Below, in pieces: positions 8,600 to 16,868 of a stretch of DNA of 60,994 nt. A program made the position numbers and the translations under genes. Every line of letters starts with the position of its first letter. Position 1 is the first letter of the stretch. Below the pieces are notes generated by a model. That model did not search any database and had not been told where the DNA came from. It was given only the letters and a program-made list of their open reading frames with translations. The stretch comes from Gaiellaceae bacterium (GTDB lineage: Bacteria; Actinomycetota; Thermoleophilia; Gaiellales; Gaiellaceae), in contig DATGEH010000204.1 of NCBI GenBank assembly GCA_035310325.1, forward strand, positions 1-60,994, given 5' to 3'.

Positions 8600-10177
8600 C
8601 TAGCTGCGCCAGCGGTTCGTGATCGGCGTGCGCCGGTCGCGGCCGAACGCCTTCGGACGCAGCCGCACGCCGGGCGGCGCCTGCCGCCGCTTGTACTCCG
8701 CACGGTCGATGAGCGCGACCGCGCGCTCGACGACGTCGGGGTCGAATCCGTCCGCGGACAGCTCTTCGAGCGTGCGGTCCTCCTCGACGTACGCCTCGAG
8801 CACCTGGTCGAGCGCGGGGTAGGGCGGCAGCGAATCTGCGTCGAGCTGGTCGGCGCGCAGCTCCGCGCTCGGTGCGCGGTCGATGATCGACTGCGGAATC
8901 GTCCCGAGGTGCTTGGCGAGACGGAAGACGTCGGTCTTGTAGACGTCCTTCAGCAGCGCGAAGCCGCCGGCCATGTCGCCGTAGAGCGTCGCGTAACCGA
9001 CGGAAAGCTCCGACTTGTTCCCGGTCGCGACGAGGAGCCAGCCGAACTTGTTCGACAGCGCCATGAGCAGCGTGCCGCGGATGCGGGCCTGCAGGTTCTC
9101 CTCGGTCAGGTCGGGCTCTCGGCCCGCGAACGATTGCGCGAGTGCCTCGAGGAACGTCTCCACCATCGGCTCGATCGCGATCTCGCGGAAGTCGCAGCCG
9201 AGATCCTCGGCGAGCCGGCGCGCGTCTGCCCGCGTGCCTTCGGACGAGAACCGCGACGGCATCGACACGCAGTGCACGCGGTCGGCTCCGAGCGCCTCGA
9301 CGGCGAGCGCGGCGACGAGCGCGGAGTCGATGCCTCCGCTCACGCCGACGAGCACGTGCGCGAAGCCGTTCTTGCGCACGTAGTCGCGCAGGCCGAGGAC
9401 GAGCGCGCGTCGCATCTGCTCTAGCTCGTCCGCGAACGGTTCGACTGCGCCGGGCGAGCCGATGTCGACGACGAGCAACGCCTCCTCGAAGCCGGGAGCG
9501 CGCGCGATCACGTCGCCGCCGGCGTCGATCACGGCCGAGTGCCCGTCGAAGAGCAGCTCGTCCTGGCCGCCGACGGTGTTGCAGAACGCGACGAAGACGT
9601 TGTTCTCGCGCGCGCGGCCGCGGAACATCTCCTCCCGCGTGTGCTCCTTGCCGACGTCGAACGGCGAGGCGGAGATGTTGACGAGCAGCCGCGCGCCCGC
9701 TCGTGCCAGCTCCTCCGTCGGGGGTCCCGGCTGCCACATGTCCTCGCACACGGTGACGCCGACCGGCGTGCCGCCGAGCTCGAGCACGAGGACGTCGTCG
9801 CCCGGTGCGAAGTAGCGCACCTCGTCGAAGACGCCGTAGTTCGGCAGCAGCTGCTTGCGCACGCGCGCCTGCACCTCGCCGTCGGCGCACACGGCGGCGA
9901 CGTTGTAGAGACGGCCGCCGTCGGCGTGCGGGGCGCCGACGATCGCGGCGATCCCGCGTGCCTCCCGCGCAATCTGCTCGAGCGACTCCTCGGCGACGCG
10001 GACGAAGCCGGGGCGGAGCAGGAGGTCCTCGGGCGGGTACCCGGTGACGGCGAGCTCGGGGAAGACGGCGAGGTCGGCGCCCGCCGCCTTCGCCTCCGCC
10101 AGGCGGTCGAGGATGAGCGACCGGTTGCCGGCCAGGTCGCCGACGGTCGGATCGATCTGGGCGAGCGCGATCCTCAT
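8600..10177 (-). CDS. nadE: Glutamine-dependent NAD+ synthetase
   Basis: N-terminal CN-hydrolase domain plus a C-terminal PP-loop (VGVSGGIDSALVA). 525 aa. Confidence 0.9.
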   Translation of the reverse strand: MRIALAQIDPTVGDLAGNRSLILDRLAEAKAAGADLAVFPELAVTGYPPEDLLLRPGFVRVAEESLEQIAREARGIAAIVGAPHADGGRLYNVAAVCADGEVQARVRKQLLPNYGVFDEVRYFAPGDDVLVLELGGTPVGVTVCEDMWQPGPPTEELARAGARLLVNISASPFDVGKEHTREEMFRGRARENNVFVAFCNTVGGQDELLFDGHSAVIDAGGDVIARAPGFEEALLVVDIGSPGAVEPFADELEQMRRALVLGLRDYVRKNGFAHVLVGVSGGIDSALVAALAVEALGADRVHCVSMPSRFSSEGTRADARRLAEDLGCDFREIAIEPMVETFLEALAQSFAGREPDLTEENLQARIRGTLLMALSNKFGWLLVATGNKSELSVGYATLYGDMAGGFALLKDVYKTDVFRLAKHLGTIPQSIIDRAPSAELRADQLDADSLPPYPALDQVLEAYVEEDRTLEELSADGFDPDVVERAVALIDRAEYKRRQAPPGVRLRPKAFGRDRRTPITNRWRS

Positions 10178-10187
10178 CGGTTTAAGA

Positions 10188-12056
10188 CTAGCAGTCGAAA
10201 ACTGCCGAAGCGATCTCGGCGAGCGACTCGGGGTTCTCGACCGACGACAGGTCGCCGGGATCCTCGCCGACCGCGGTGGCGCGCACGGCGCGGCGGACGA
10301 TCTTCGCCGAGCGCGTCTTCGGGAGCGCCGGCACCCACACGATTCGCTCGGGCTTGAACGCCTTGCCGAGCGCGTCCGTCACCGCGGCCGCGACGCGCGC
10401 GTCGTCCTCCTCCGCGCCCGGCGACACGACGCAGAAGATCCACGCCGTCTCGCCCTTCACCGCATGCGGCACGCCGACCGCGGCCGCCTCCGCGACGATG
10501 CCGCTCGCGATCGCCGCCGACTCGAGCTCGGCCGGCCCGATGCGCTTGCCGGCGATGTTCAACGTGTCGTCGCTGCGCCCGTGCAGGAACCAGTAGCCGT
10601 CGGCGTCGACCGATGCCCAGTCGCCGTGCGTCCATACGCCGGGGAAGCGCGACCAGTACGTCTCGAGGTACCGCGCGTCGTCGCCCCAGACGCCGCGCGT
10701 CATCCCCGGCCACGGCCGCCGGCACACGAGCTCGCCGACCTCCCCGCGCACGGGGTTGCCGGACGCGTCGACCACGTCCATGTCCTGCCCGAGCGCGGGG
10801 AAGCCGAGCGCGACCGGTTTGACCGGCTCGGTTATGCACGTCGACAAGAAGCACGCGCCCACCTCGGTGCCGCCGGAGATGTTCACGATCGGGACGCGCG
10901 AGCCGCCGGCCTGCTCGAACAGCCAGCGGTACGGGTCGGGATTCCACGGCTCGCCGGTCGTGCAGAACGCACGCAACGACGACATGTCCGCCGTCGGGAC
11001 GCCCTTGGGAATGAGTGCACGCACGAGCGTCGGCGAGAGGCCGAGCATGTTCACGCGCTCCGTCTCGACGAGCTTCCACAGCCGGTCGTCCGGCCAGTCG
11101 GGCGCTCCCTCGGCGAAGACGATCGTCGCGCCGACCGCACCGCCGCCGACGACGGTCCACGGGCCCATGATCCAGCCCATGTCGGTGGCGAAGTGGATGC
11201 GGTCTCCCGCGTTCACGTTCGTCTGGTACGCGGTCTCGCGCGCGATCGAGACGAGGAAGCCGCCCTGCACGTGCAGCGCGCCCTTTGGTCTCCCGGTCGT
11301 CCCCGACGTGTACGCGAGCAGGTACGGCGCCTCCGAGTCGACCTCGAGCGGCGCGAGCGTGCCCGGCTGCTTCGTCACGCTGTCGGGCCACGCGCGCGTC
11401 GCGCGGTTCCACTCGATCACGTGCTCGACGGGCCCCGCTTCGTCGAGCGTCGCGCGCATGTCGATGCGCTTCCCGCGGCGCAGCGACCAGTCGGCGCAGA
11501 TCGCGACCTTGGCCTGCGAGTCCTCGAGCCGGGACGCGATCGCCGGCGCAGCGAAGCCCGAGAAGATCGGGACCTGTACCGCGCCCATGTGCGCGCACGC
11601 GTGCGATGCGATCGCGACCGCCGGGCACATCGGCATGAAGATCGCCACGCGGTCGCCTGCGCGCACGCCGAGCTCGACGAGCGCTTCCGCGAGCTGCGTC
11701 GCCTGCCGCGAGGCCTCGTTCCACGTCAGCGACTCGCGCGCGCCATCTTCGTACAGCCCGACGAGCGCCTCGTCGTCGCTCGCCCAACGATGCAGGCACA
11801 CGCGCGCGAGGTTGAGCTTTCCGCCGACGAACCACGTCGTCCACTCCGGCCCGCGCGAGTCGTCGAAGACGGTATCCCAGGGATGCGAGAACTCGATTCC
11901 GAGGTCCTCGACGACCGCCGGCCAGAAGCGTTCCGGCTCCTCGACCGAGATCCGGTGCAGGGCGTGGAAGCCGTCGGCGCCGAGCCGTCGCGCGAGCCGC
12001 GTGACGTTCGCCTGCTCGACGAAGCCGGGGGGTGGCGCCCAGATGAAGTCGCTCAT
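10188..12056 (-). CDS. AMP-forming acyl-CoA synthetase (acetate/propionate-CoA ligase family)
   Basis: YTSGTTGRPKG AMP-binding motif. ATG at 12056 (MSDFIWAPPPGF...). This is the C-terminal 622 codons of the 1133-aa track ORF. Confidence 0.8.
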   Translation of the reverse strand: MSDFIWAPPPGFVEQANVTRLARRLGADGFHALHRISVEEPERFWPAVVEDLGIEFSHPWDTVFDDSRGPEWTTWFVGGKLNLARVCLHRWASDDEALVGLYEDGARESLTWNEASRQATQLAEALVELGVRAGDRVAIFMPMCPAVAIASHACAHMGAVQVPIFSGFAAPAIASRLEDSQAKVAICADWSLRRGKRIDMRATLDEAGPVEHVIEWNRATRAWPDSVTKQPGTLAPLEVDSEAPYLLAYTSGTTGRPKGALHVQGGFLVSIARETAYQTNVNAGDRIHFATDMGWIMGPWTVVGGGAVGATIVFAEGAPDWPDDRLWKLVETERVNMLGLSPTLVRALIPKGVPTADMSSLRAFCTTGEPWNPDPYRWLFEQAGGSRVPIVNISGGTEVGACFLSTCITEPVKPVALGFPALGQDMDVVDASGNPVRGEVGELVCRRPWPGMTRGVWGDDARYLETYWSRFPGVWTHGDWASVDADGYWFLHGRSDDTLNIAGKRIGPAELESAAIASGIVAEAAAVGVPHAVKGETAWIFCVVSPGAEEDDARVAAAVTDALGKAFKPERIVWVPALPKTRSAKIVRRAVRATAVGEDPGDLSSVENPESLAEIASAVFDC

Positions 12057-12101
12057 GCTAGTCTCTACTAACTTAGTGACTGCTAACAGAGGGGAGTTGG
12101 T

Positions 12102-13544
12102 GTGAAAGCACGCATTTTCGCGGAGGAGAACAAGAAGTGGTGGACGTTGGCGGCCGTCTCGTTCGGCCTGTTCATGATCATGCTCGACAACACGATCGTG
12201 AACGTGGCCCTGCCGACGATCGAGCGCTCGCTGCACCTGAAGATTTCCGAGCTCGAATGGGTCGTGACGGGCTACGCCCTGACCTTCGGCGCGCTCATGC
12301 TCACGGGCGGAAAGCTCGCCGACCTGCTCGGCCGGCGCACCGTTTTCGTCGGCGGCCTCGTCATCTTCACGCTCTCGTCGCTGGCCTGCGGTCTCGCGGG
12401 TAGCGCGAGCGTGCTGATCGGAGCGCGCGTCGTCCAGGGCATCGGCGCGGCGCTCATGAACCCGTCGACGCTGTCGATCATCACCGTCACGTTCCCGCCG
12501 AAGCAGCGCGGGACGGCGATCGGGATCTGGGCCGGCATCTCGGCGCTCGCACTTGCCATCGGCCCGCTCACGGGCGGCTTGATCGTCGAGCGCATCAACT
12601 GGAACTGGATCTTCTTCATCAACGTCCCGATCGGCGTGCTCGCGATTCTCGCCGCGTTCGCGTTCATTCCAGAGTCGCGCGACATGTCGGCCGAGCAGAA
12701 GCCTGACGTCGCGGGACAGATCGTCTCCGCACTCGGTCTCTTCGCGCTCAGCTACGGCCTCATCGAGGCGAACAACTACGGCTGGACGTCGGGCCGCATC
12801 CTCGGTTCGTTCGCGCTCGCGGTCGTGTCGCTCGCGACGTTCGTGGTGCTCGAGCTGCGCCAGCGGCTGCCGATGCTCGATCTGAGCTTGTTCCGTAACC
12901 GGGGCTTCGCCGGCGCGAACGCCGTCATGGGCCTCGTCGGGCTCGCGATGTTCGGCATCTTCTTCTACGTCTCGCTCTACCTCCAGCAGGTGCTCGGCTT
13001 CTCGCCGATCGAGGCGGGCGCCGCCTTCCTGCCCTGGACGGTGCTGATCATCCTGCTCGCGCCCGTCGCCGGGAAGCTCTCCGACCGGCTCGGGCCGCGC
13101 CGCTTCGTGACGACCGGCATGGCGATCGTCGCCACGTCGATGTTCGTCTTCTCGCGGTTCGGCGTCGGGGCGAGCTACTGGGACCTGCTGCCGGGGATGA
13201 TCCTCGGCGGCCTCGGCATGTCGATCGCGATGGCACCGACCACCGCGGCCGCGATGAGCTCGGTACGGCCCGACAAGGCCGGCGTCGGCTCGGCGGTGCT
13301 GAACAGCATGCGCCAGGTCGGCGGCTCGCTCGGGATCGCGATCATGGGCGCGATCGTCGCGTCGGCGCTCTCCAGCGGCCTCGCCGCCGGGCATTCGCGG
13401 CCGGTTGCGTTCGTCAACGGGTACCACCATGCCCTCGAGGTGTCGGCTTTCATCGCGCTCGCGGGCGCGGTGATCGCGTTCACGACGCTCGGTGGCGTTC
13501 GTGTGCGTCACGAGGCGCCCGTTGTCGCGTCGGAGCCGGCGTGA
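12102..13544 (+). CDS. MFS drug-efflux transporter, DHA2 (EmrB/QacA, 14-TM) type
   Basis: LDNTIVNVALPTI motif. 480 aa, multi-TM. Confidence 0.85.
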   Translation: MKARIFAEENKKWWTLAAVSFGLFMIMLDNTIVNVALPTIERSLHLKISELEWVVTGYALTFGALMLTGGKLADLLGRRTVFVGGLVIFTLSSLACGLAGSASVLIGARVVQGIGAALMNPSTLSIITVTFPPKQRGTAIGIWAGISALALAIGPLTGGLIVERINWNWIFFINVPIGVLAILAAFAFIPESRDMSAEQKPDVAGQIVSALGLFALSYGLIEANNYGWTSGRILGSFALAVVSLATFVVLELRQRLPMLDLSLFRNRGFAGANAVMGLVGLAMFGIFFYVSLYLQQVLGFSPIEAGAAFLPWTVLIILLAPVAGKLSDRLGPRRFVTTGMAIVATSMFVFSRFGVGASYWDLLPGMILGGLGMSIAMAPTTAAAMSSVRPDKAGVGSAVLNSMRQVGGSLGIAIMGAIVASALSSGLAAGHSRPVAFVNGYHHALEVSAFIALAGAVIAFTTLGGVRVRHEAPVVASEPA

Positions 13545-14137
13545 GCGTCGCACCCACACGACTTCCTGCAGCGGAGCGCCGTCTCGCACTCGTCGAGACG
13601 GCGCTCCGCGTGTTCTCCGAGGGCAGCTATCGCGGGACGACCACCGCGGAGATCGCGCGCGCCGCAGGCGTGAGCGAGCCGATCCTGTACCGCCACTTCG
13701 CGTCCAAGCGCGATCTGTACATCGCCGCGCTCGATCATGTGTGGGAGAAGGCGAAGGGCCTGTGGGAGGCGAAGCTGCTCGGCGCGACGACCGTCAGCCA
13801 GGGTCTGGACGACGTCGGCCGCGGTCACTTCTCCGTGCGCGACTGCAAGTTCCAGCTCGCCGAGCTGTGGGTGCAGGCGTTGAGCGAGGCGGGAGACGAC
13901 CTCGAGCTGCGGAAGCATCTCCGCCGGCACATGCGCGAAGTGCACGACTTTCTCGCCGACGTCATTCGGCGCGGGCAGGCCGAGGGGTCGCTCGCGCAGG
14001 GCCGCGACGCCGACGCGGAGGCGTGGATCTTCCTCTCGGGCGGGATCTTCGGGATGGTCGGCCGCCGCATCGGTCTGCTCGACGACACCGACGTCGCCGC
14101 CATCCGCGCCGCCCGGCTCGAGTGGATGAAGGCGTAA
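13541..14137 (+). CDS. TetR-family transcriptional regulator
   Basis: HTH TTTAEIARAAGVSEPILYRHFASKRDL. The GTG overlaps the MFS stop (GTGA), so it is co-operonic with the pump. Confidence 0.85.
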   Translation: MSVAPTRLPAAERRLALVETALRVFSEGSYRGTTTAEIARAAGVSEPILYRHFASKRDLYIAALDHVWEKAKGLWEAKLLGATTVSQGLDDVGRGHFSVRDCKFQLAELWVQALSEAGDDLELRKHLRRHMREVHDFLADVIRRGQAEGSLAQGRDADAEAWIFLSGGIFGMVGRRIGLLDDTDVAAIRAARLEWMKA

Positions 14138-14248
14138 CGGCGGGGTCAGACCCCGCTGCGCGGTAAAGGCGGGGTCAGACCCCTGCGCAGCGGAAAGGCG
14201 GGGTCAGACCCCGCGCAGCGAACGGCGGGGTCTGACCCCGCGCAGCGG
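14136..14248. repeat. Four tandem ~28-nt units, each carrying the palindrome GGGGTC(A/T)GACCCC
   Basis: Units start near 14136, 14165, 14194 and 14221: AA(A/C)GGCGGGGTCWGACCCC..GCGCAGCGG. There are no spacers between units. Confidence 0.9.
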
Positions 14249-14251
14249 CAC

Positions 14252-14424
14252 GGCGGAAAGAGAAAGGCCCCGGCTGCGGCTCCGGGGCCTTTCTGAGAGG
14301 CGCGCCCATCGTGTGCGGCTCCGGAGATTCGGCTCTGCGGCTCAGCCGCATCTCCGTTCTACCGCCGGATGTGCCGGCGCGCCCCCTGCGAACCTGAGCC
14401 TGGCGTCGGCCGCGGTTGCAAGGT
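14252..14424 (-). ncRNA. Candidate stand-alone small RNA (~170 nt), family unknown
   Basis: Bounded by a near-consensus promoter (14431-14459) and a hairpin with a T-rich tail (14261-14294) on the minus strand. It contains internal pairing (two GGCGCGCC copies, GGAGAT/ATCTCC, GCGGC-TGA-GCCGC) and no credible ORF. Confidence 0.5.
14261..14294 (-). terminator. Intrinsic terminator hairpin (13-bp stem, 8-nt loop)
   Basis: agaaaggccccgg-ctgcggct-ccggggcctttct. On the minus strand the stem runs into TTTCTCTTTCC; on the plus strand it is followed by gagagg. Confidence 0.7.
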
Positions 14425-14430
14425 GGCCCC

Positions 14431-14459
14431 ACTATACGAGCCTTGTCCGATCGAGTCAA
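14431..14459 (-). promoter_or_regulatory. Sigma-70/SigA-type promoter TTGACT-N17-TATAGT
   Basis: Minus-strand -35 at 14459-14454 and -10 at 14436-14431, with exactly 17 nt between them. Confidence 0.6.
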
Positions 14460-14590
14460 GTGGCTCGGTCAAGTAGTCCTCGCTGCGCACGGTTGACCGC
14501 CAATCGCGGCTATTCATAACCCTTTTGGGTGATGGCCGGAGTGGCCGGCTTGATCTTTGGTGAAGCGTAGGGTTGACTTCCCTTGAGCCT

Positions 14591-15931
14591 ATGAATCACG
14601 ACGCCGCCCTTCGCCGCCAGGCTGTCCCGACCTCGCTCGGGCTCGGCGAGCGCCTGCGCCAGCTCCGCATCGCTGCCGGGCTGACCCAGACCGAGCTCGC
14701 GGGCGACCGCTGCTCGAAGGAATACGTGTCGCAGATCGAGCGCGGGAAGACGCGTCCGACGCGAGAGACGATCGAGTGGCTCGCGGTCCGGCTCGGCGTC
14801 GACGCAGGCTTCCTCGCGAACGGCGTCGCCACCGACGAGCGCGCGCGGCTCGACGCCGGCCTCACCCGCGCCGAGGCGCTGCTCGAAGTTCCCCGCAACG
14901 AAGATGCAGCGGAAGCGTTCGCGACGCTCATAGCGTCGGCGCGAGCGACGGGCCTGCAAGACCTGCTGGTGCGCGCATTGCGTGGCGCGGGTCGCGCGCA
15001 GATGCGCATCGGCGGGCTCCGCCAGGCGCTCGACCTCCTGAACGAGGCGCGCGGAATCGCCGAAGCCGAGACCTTCTCCGATGTCGAACGCGCCGAGGTG
15101 CTCCTCACGCTCGGCGTCTGCCGGTATCAGCTGAACAGCACGCAGACCGCGATCGGGCTGCTGAACGAGGCGCTCGCGCTCGCCGACCGGGCAGAGCTTC
15201 CGTCCGACTCGCTGCGTTCCCAGATTCTGTCGTGGCGGTCCCGCTGCTGGCGCCGCCAGCGCGACTACGAGGCCGCGCGGGAGGACATCGAGCGCGCATT
15301 GCAGCTCGCCGAGGACGCCGCCGATCCCGCGACGATCGGAGCCGCGTACTTCCAGGCGTCGCTCGTCGCCGACCGCGAAGGGCACTGGGTGCTCGCGCGC
15401 ACATACGCCGAGCGCGCCCGCTCGGCGTACGAAGAGCTCTCCGACCGCGTCTTCGTCGGCCAGCTGACGAACAACCTCGGCGCGATGAACTTCCTGCTCG
15501 GCAAGACCGACGAGGCGATCGCGCTGCTCAAGGAGGCGTTCGCCATCGCGCTCGAGACCGGTCGCGACACCGATGCCGGCCGCGCGGTCTCGTCCCTCGC
15601 GCAGGTGCATCTGCGCACCGGGAATGTCGAGCAGGCGGAGGAGCAGGCGCGCCATGCGCTGCGGCTCCTCGACGGCCGCGAGGACTATCTCGACGAGATC
15701 GGCAGCGTGCAGCTGGTGCTCGGCCGCGCGCTGCTCGAGCAGGGCCGGCTCGACGAGGCGGAGGAAGCCCTGGCGGCGGGCGAGGCGAGCTACGAACAGC
15801 TCGGCTCGGCGAGCCATCGCGCGGTGGCATGGATCGCGCGCGGCGATCTCGCGGCTCGGCGCGGCGATGACAGGCTTTCGGCGCAGCTCTACCGGAACGC
15901 TGCAGAGGCGTTGCAGGACGTCAGGTTCTAG
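14591..15931 (+). CDS. XRE-family HTH regulator with a long TPR-like C-terminal domain
   Basis: HTH LGERLRQLRIAAGLTQTELAG..YVSQIERGKTRPT followed by ~370 aa of helical repeats. The ATG at 14591 is preferred over the TTG at 14573. Confidence 0.8.
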   Translation: MNHDAALRRQAVPTSLGLGERLRQLRIAAGLTQTELAGDRCSKEYVSQIERGKTRPTRETIEWLAVRLGVDAGFLANGVATDERARLDAGLTRAEALLEVPRNEDAAEAFATLIASARATGLQDLLVRALRGAGRAQMRIGGLRQALDLLNEARGIAEAETFSDVERAEVLLTLGVCRYQLNSTQTAIGLLNEALALADRAELPSDSLRSQILSWRSRCWRRQRDYEAAREDIERALQLAEDAADPATIGAAYFQASLVADREGHWVLARTYAERARSAYEELSDRVFVGQLTNNLGAMNFLLGKTDEAIALLKEAFAIALETGRDTDAGRAVSSLAQVHLRTGNVEQAEEQARHALRLLDGREDYLDEIGSVQLVLGRALLEQGRLDEAEEALAAGEASYEQLGSASHRAVAWIARGDLAARRGDDRLSAQLYRNAAEALQDVRF

Positions 15932-15950
15932 GCGAGAGGAGGTGAACGAC

Positions 15951-16061
15951 GTGAAGAAGAAGTTGATGATGATTTTGCTGGCGGCAGTCGTGATCGCGAT
16001 CGCGGTCGCGAGGGCGCACGGCATCGAGCCGGCAGGCTTGAGCGACGGCGGGTACTTCTAG
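15951..16061 (+). CDS. Unannotated 36-codon ORF: signal-peptide-like pro-peptide MKKKLMMILLAAVVIAIAVARAHGIEPAGLSDGGYF
   Basis: GGAGG lies 8 nt upstream of the GTG. 33 of 36 codons end in G/C. It starts 20 nt after the regulator stop and is followed by a hairpin. Confidence 0.55.
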   Translation: MKKKLMMILLAAVVIAIAVARAHGIEPAGLSDGGYF

Positions 16062-16073
16062 TCGGTCGTTTGC

Positions 16074-16109
16074 GGACTGAGCGCGCTGCGGTCCTGTGAC
16101 GCTCAGTCC
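16074..16109. terminator. Hairpin with 10-bp stem and 16-nt loop between convergent genes
   Basis: ggactgagcg...cgctcagtcc, with no clear T-tail. Confidence 0.45.
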
Positions 16110-16140
16110 GGCGGGTAGGGGAAAAGATCTGCGGTGTTGT

Positions 16141-16848
16141 CTACGCGCCGCTTAGCGGCACGTCGCCGTTCTTCGAGCCTGCGCGCTCGATGACGACCTG
16201 CGGGACCCGCGCGTGCGGGCTGAGCCGCAGGAGCATGCGCACGATTTCGGCGCAGTCCTCGGGCTGGATCATCTCGTCGCCGGGAATGCCCGACCACTCG
16301 GCCATCGGCGTGTCGACGAATCCGGGGCAGATCGCGACGGCGCGGACTCCGTCCGCGTCGAGCTCCTCGTTGAGCGACCGCGTGAGCGAGATCACCGCCG
16401 CCTTCGTCGCGCCGTAGGCGGCGAGCCCCGGCGTCGGCAGTGTGCCGGCGATCGATGCGAGATTCACGATCCAGCCGTGCGACTCGCGCAGCGCGGGGAT
16501 TGCGGCCTGCGTCATGAGAAAGAGGCCGCGCAGGTTGACGCCGAGCTGCAGGTCGAGGTGCTTGGCGGGAATGTCCTCGACGCGACCGCCGATGCCGATC
16601 CCGGCGGAGTTGACGAGCATGTCGAGCCGGCCGAAGCGCTCGCGGTGCGCTGCGACGAGGGCCACGCACGAGTCGGCGTCGGAGACGTCGGCCGCGACGG
16701 CGAACGCCCCGAGCTCCTTTGCCGCAGCCTCGACCTTCTCCGCGCGGCGCGAGGCGAGCGTCAGCGCGAAGCCTTCGTCTCGCAGCATGCGCGCCAGCGC
16801 GAGCCCGATGCCCGACGACCCGCCTGTGACCAGCGCCGCGCGTTCCAT
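16141..16848 (-). CDS. Short-chain dehydrogenase/reductase (classical SDR)
   Basis: TGGSSGIG cofactor motif and YGATKAA (YxxxK). The ATG at 16848 (MERAALVTGG) is preferred over 16878. Confidence 0.85.
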   Translation of the reverse strand: MERAALVTGGSSGIGLALARMLRDEGFALTLASRRAEKVEAAAKELGAFAVAADVSDADSCVALVAAHRERFGRLDMLVNSAGIGIGGRVEDIPAKHLDLQLGVNLRGLFLMTQAAIPALRESHGWIVNLASIAGTLPTPGLAAYGATKAAVISLTRSLNEELDADGVRAVAICPGFVDTPMAEWSGIPGDEMIQPEDCAEIVRMLLRLSPHARVPQVVIERAGSKNGDVPLSGA

Positions 16849-16868
16849 CCCGCGTACAGTAAATCGCA

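Noticed and set aside
14136-14248. Possible CRISPR array (regular ~28-nt repeats)
   Set aside because: The units are directly adjacent with no unique spacers. There are only four copies, each unit is itself a short palindrome, and no cas genes are in the window. This is a tandem REP-like repeat, not a CRISPR.
14252-14424. Candidate sRNA being SRP (4.5S) RNA, 6S RNA or tmRNA
   Set aside because: CCAGGCTCAGGTTCGCAGGGGGC superficially resembles the SRP domain IV 5-prime strand. However, the GGAA-type tetraloop and the AGCA / GGCAG conserved elements are absent. The unit is too short for tmRNA or RNase P. A 6S-like long bulged hairpin could not be drawn convincingly by hand. It is left as an unknown family.
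14175-14459. 94-aa minus-strand ORF overlapping the repeat array and the sRNA candidate
   Set aside because: Its C-terminus is just the translated palindromic repeats (GQTPPFAARGLTPPF). It has no SD, and it spans a terminator hairpin. This is an artefact.
14466-14578. Multiple GTCAA/TTGAC motifs upstream of the locus-A regulator as a specific repeated operator
   Set aside because: TTGAC is also the -35 core, and several copies coincide with plausible promoters on either strand. The spacing differs from the locus-B inverted repeat (N20 versus N13). It is mentioned in the findings only as a possibility, not called as a feature.
14510-16024. 504-aa minus-strand ORF antisense to the HTH-TPR regulator, and similar long antisense or alternative-frame ORFs (for example 226-1791, 7863-9890, 10044-12071, 16103-17662, 26413-29124, 45517-47073, 52293-53912, 56700-58580)
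   Set aside because: They have Arg/Ala/Pro-rich low-complexity translations typical of non-coding frames in high-GC DNA. Each overlaps a gene with clear family motifs on the other strand or frame.
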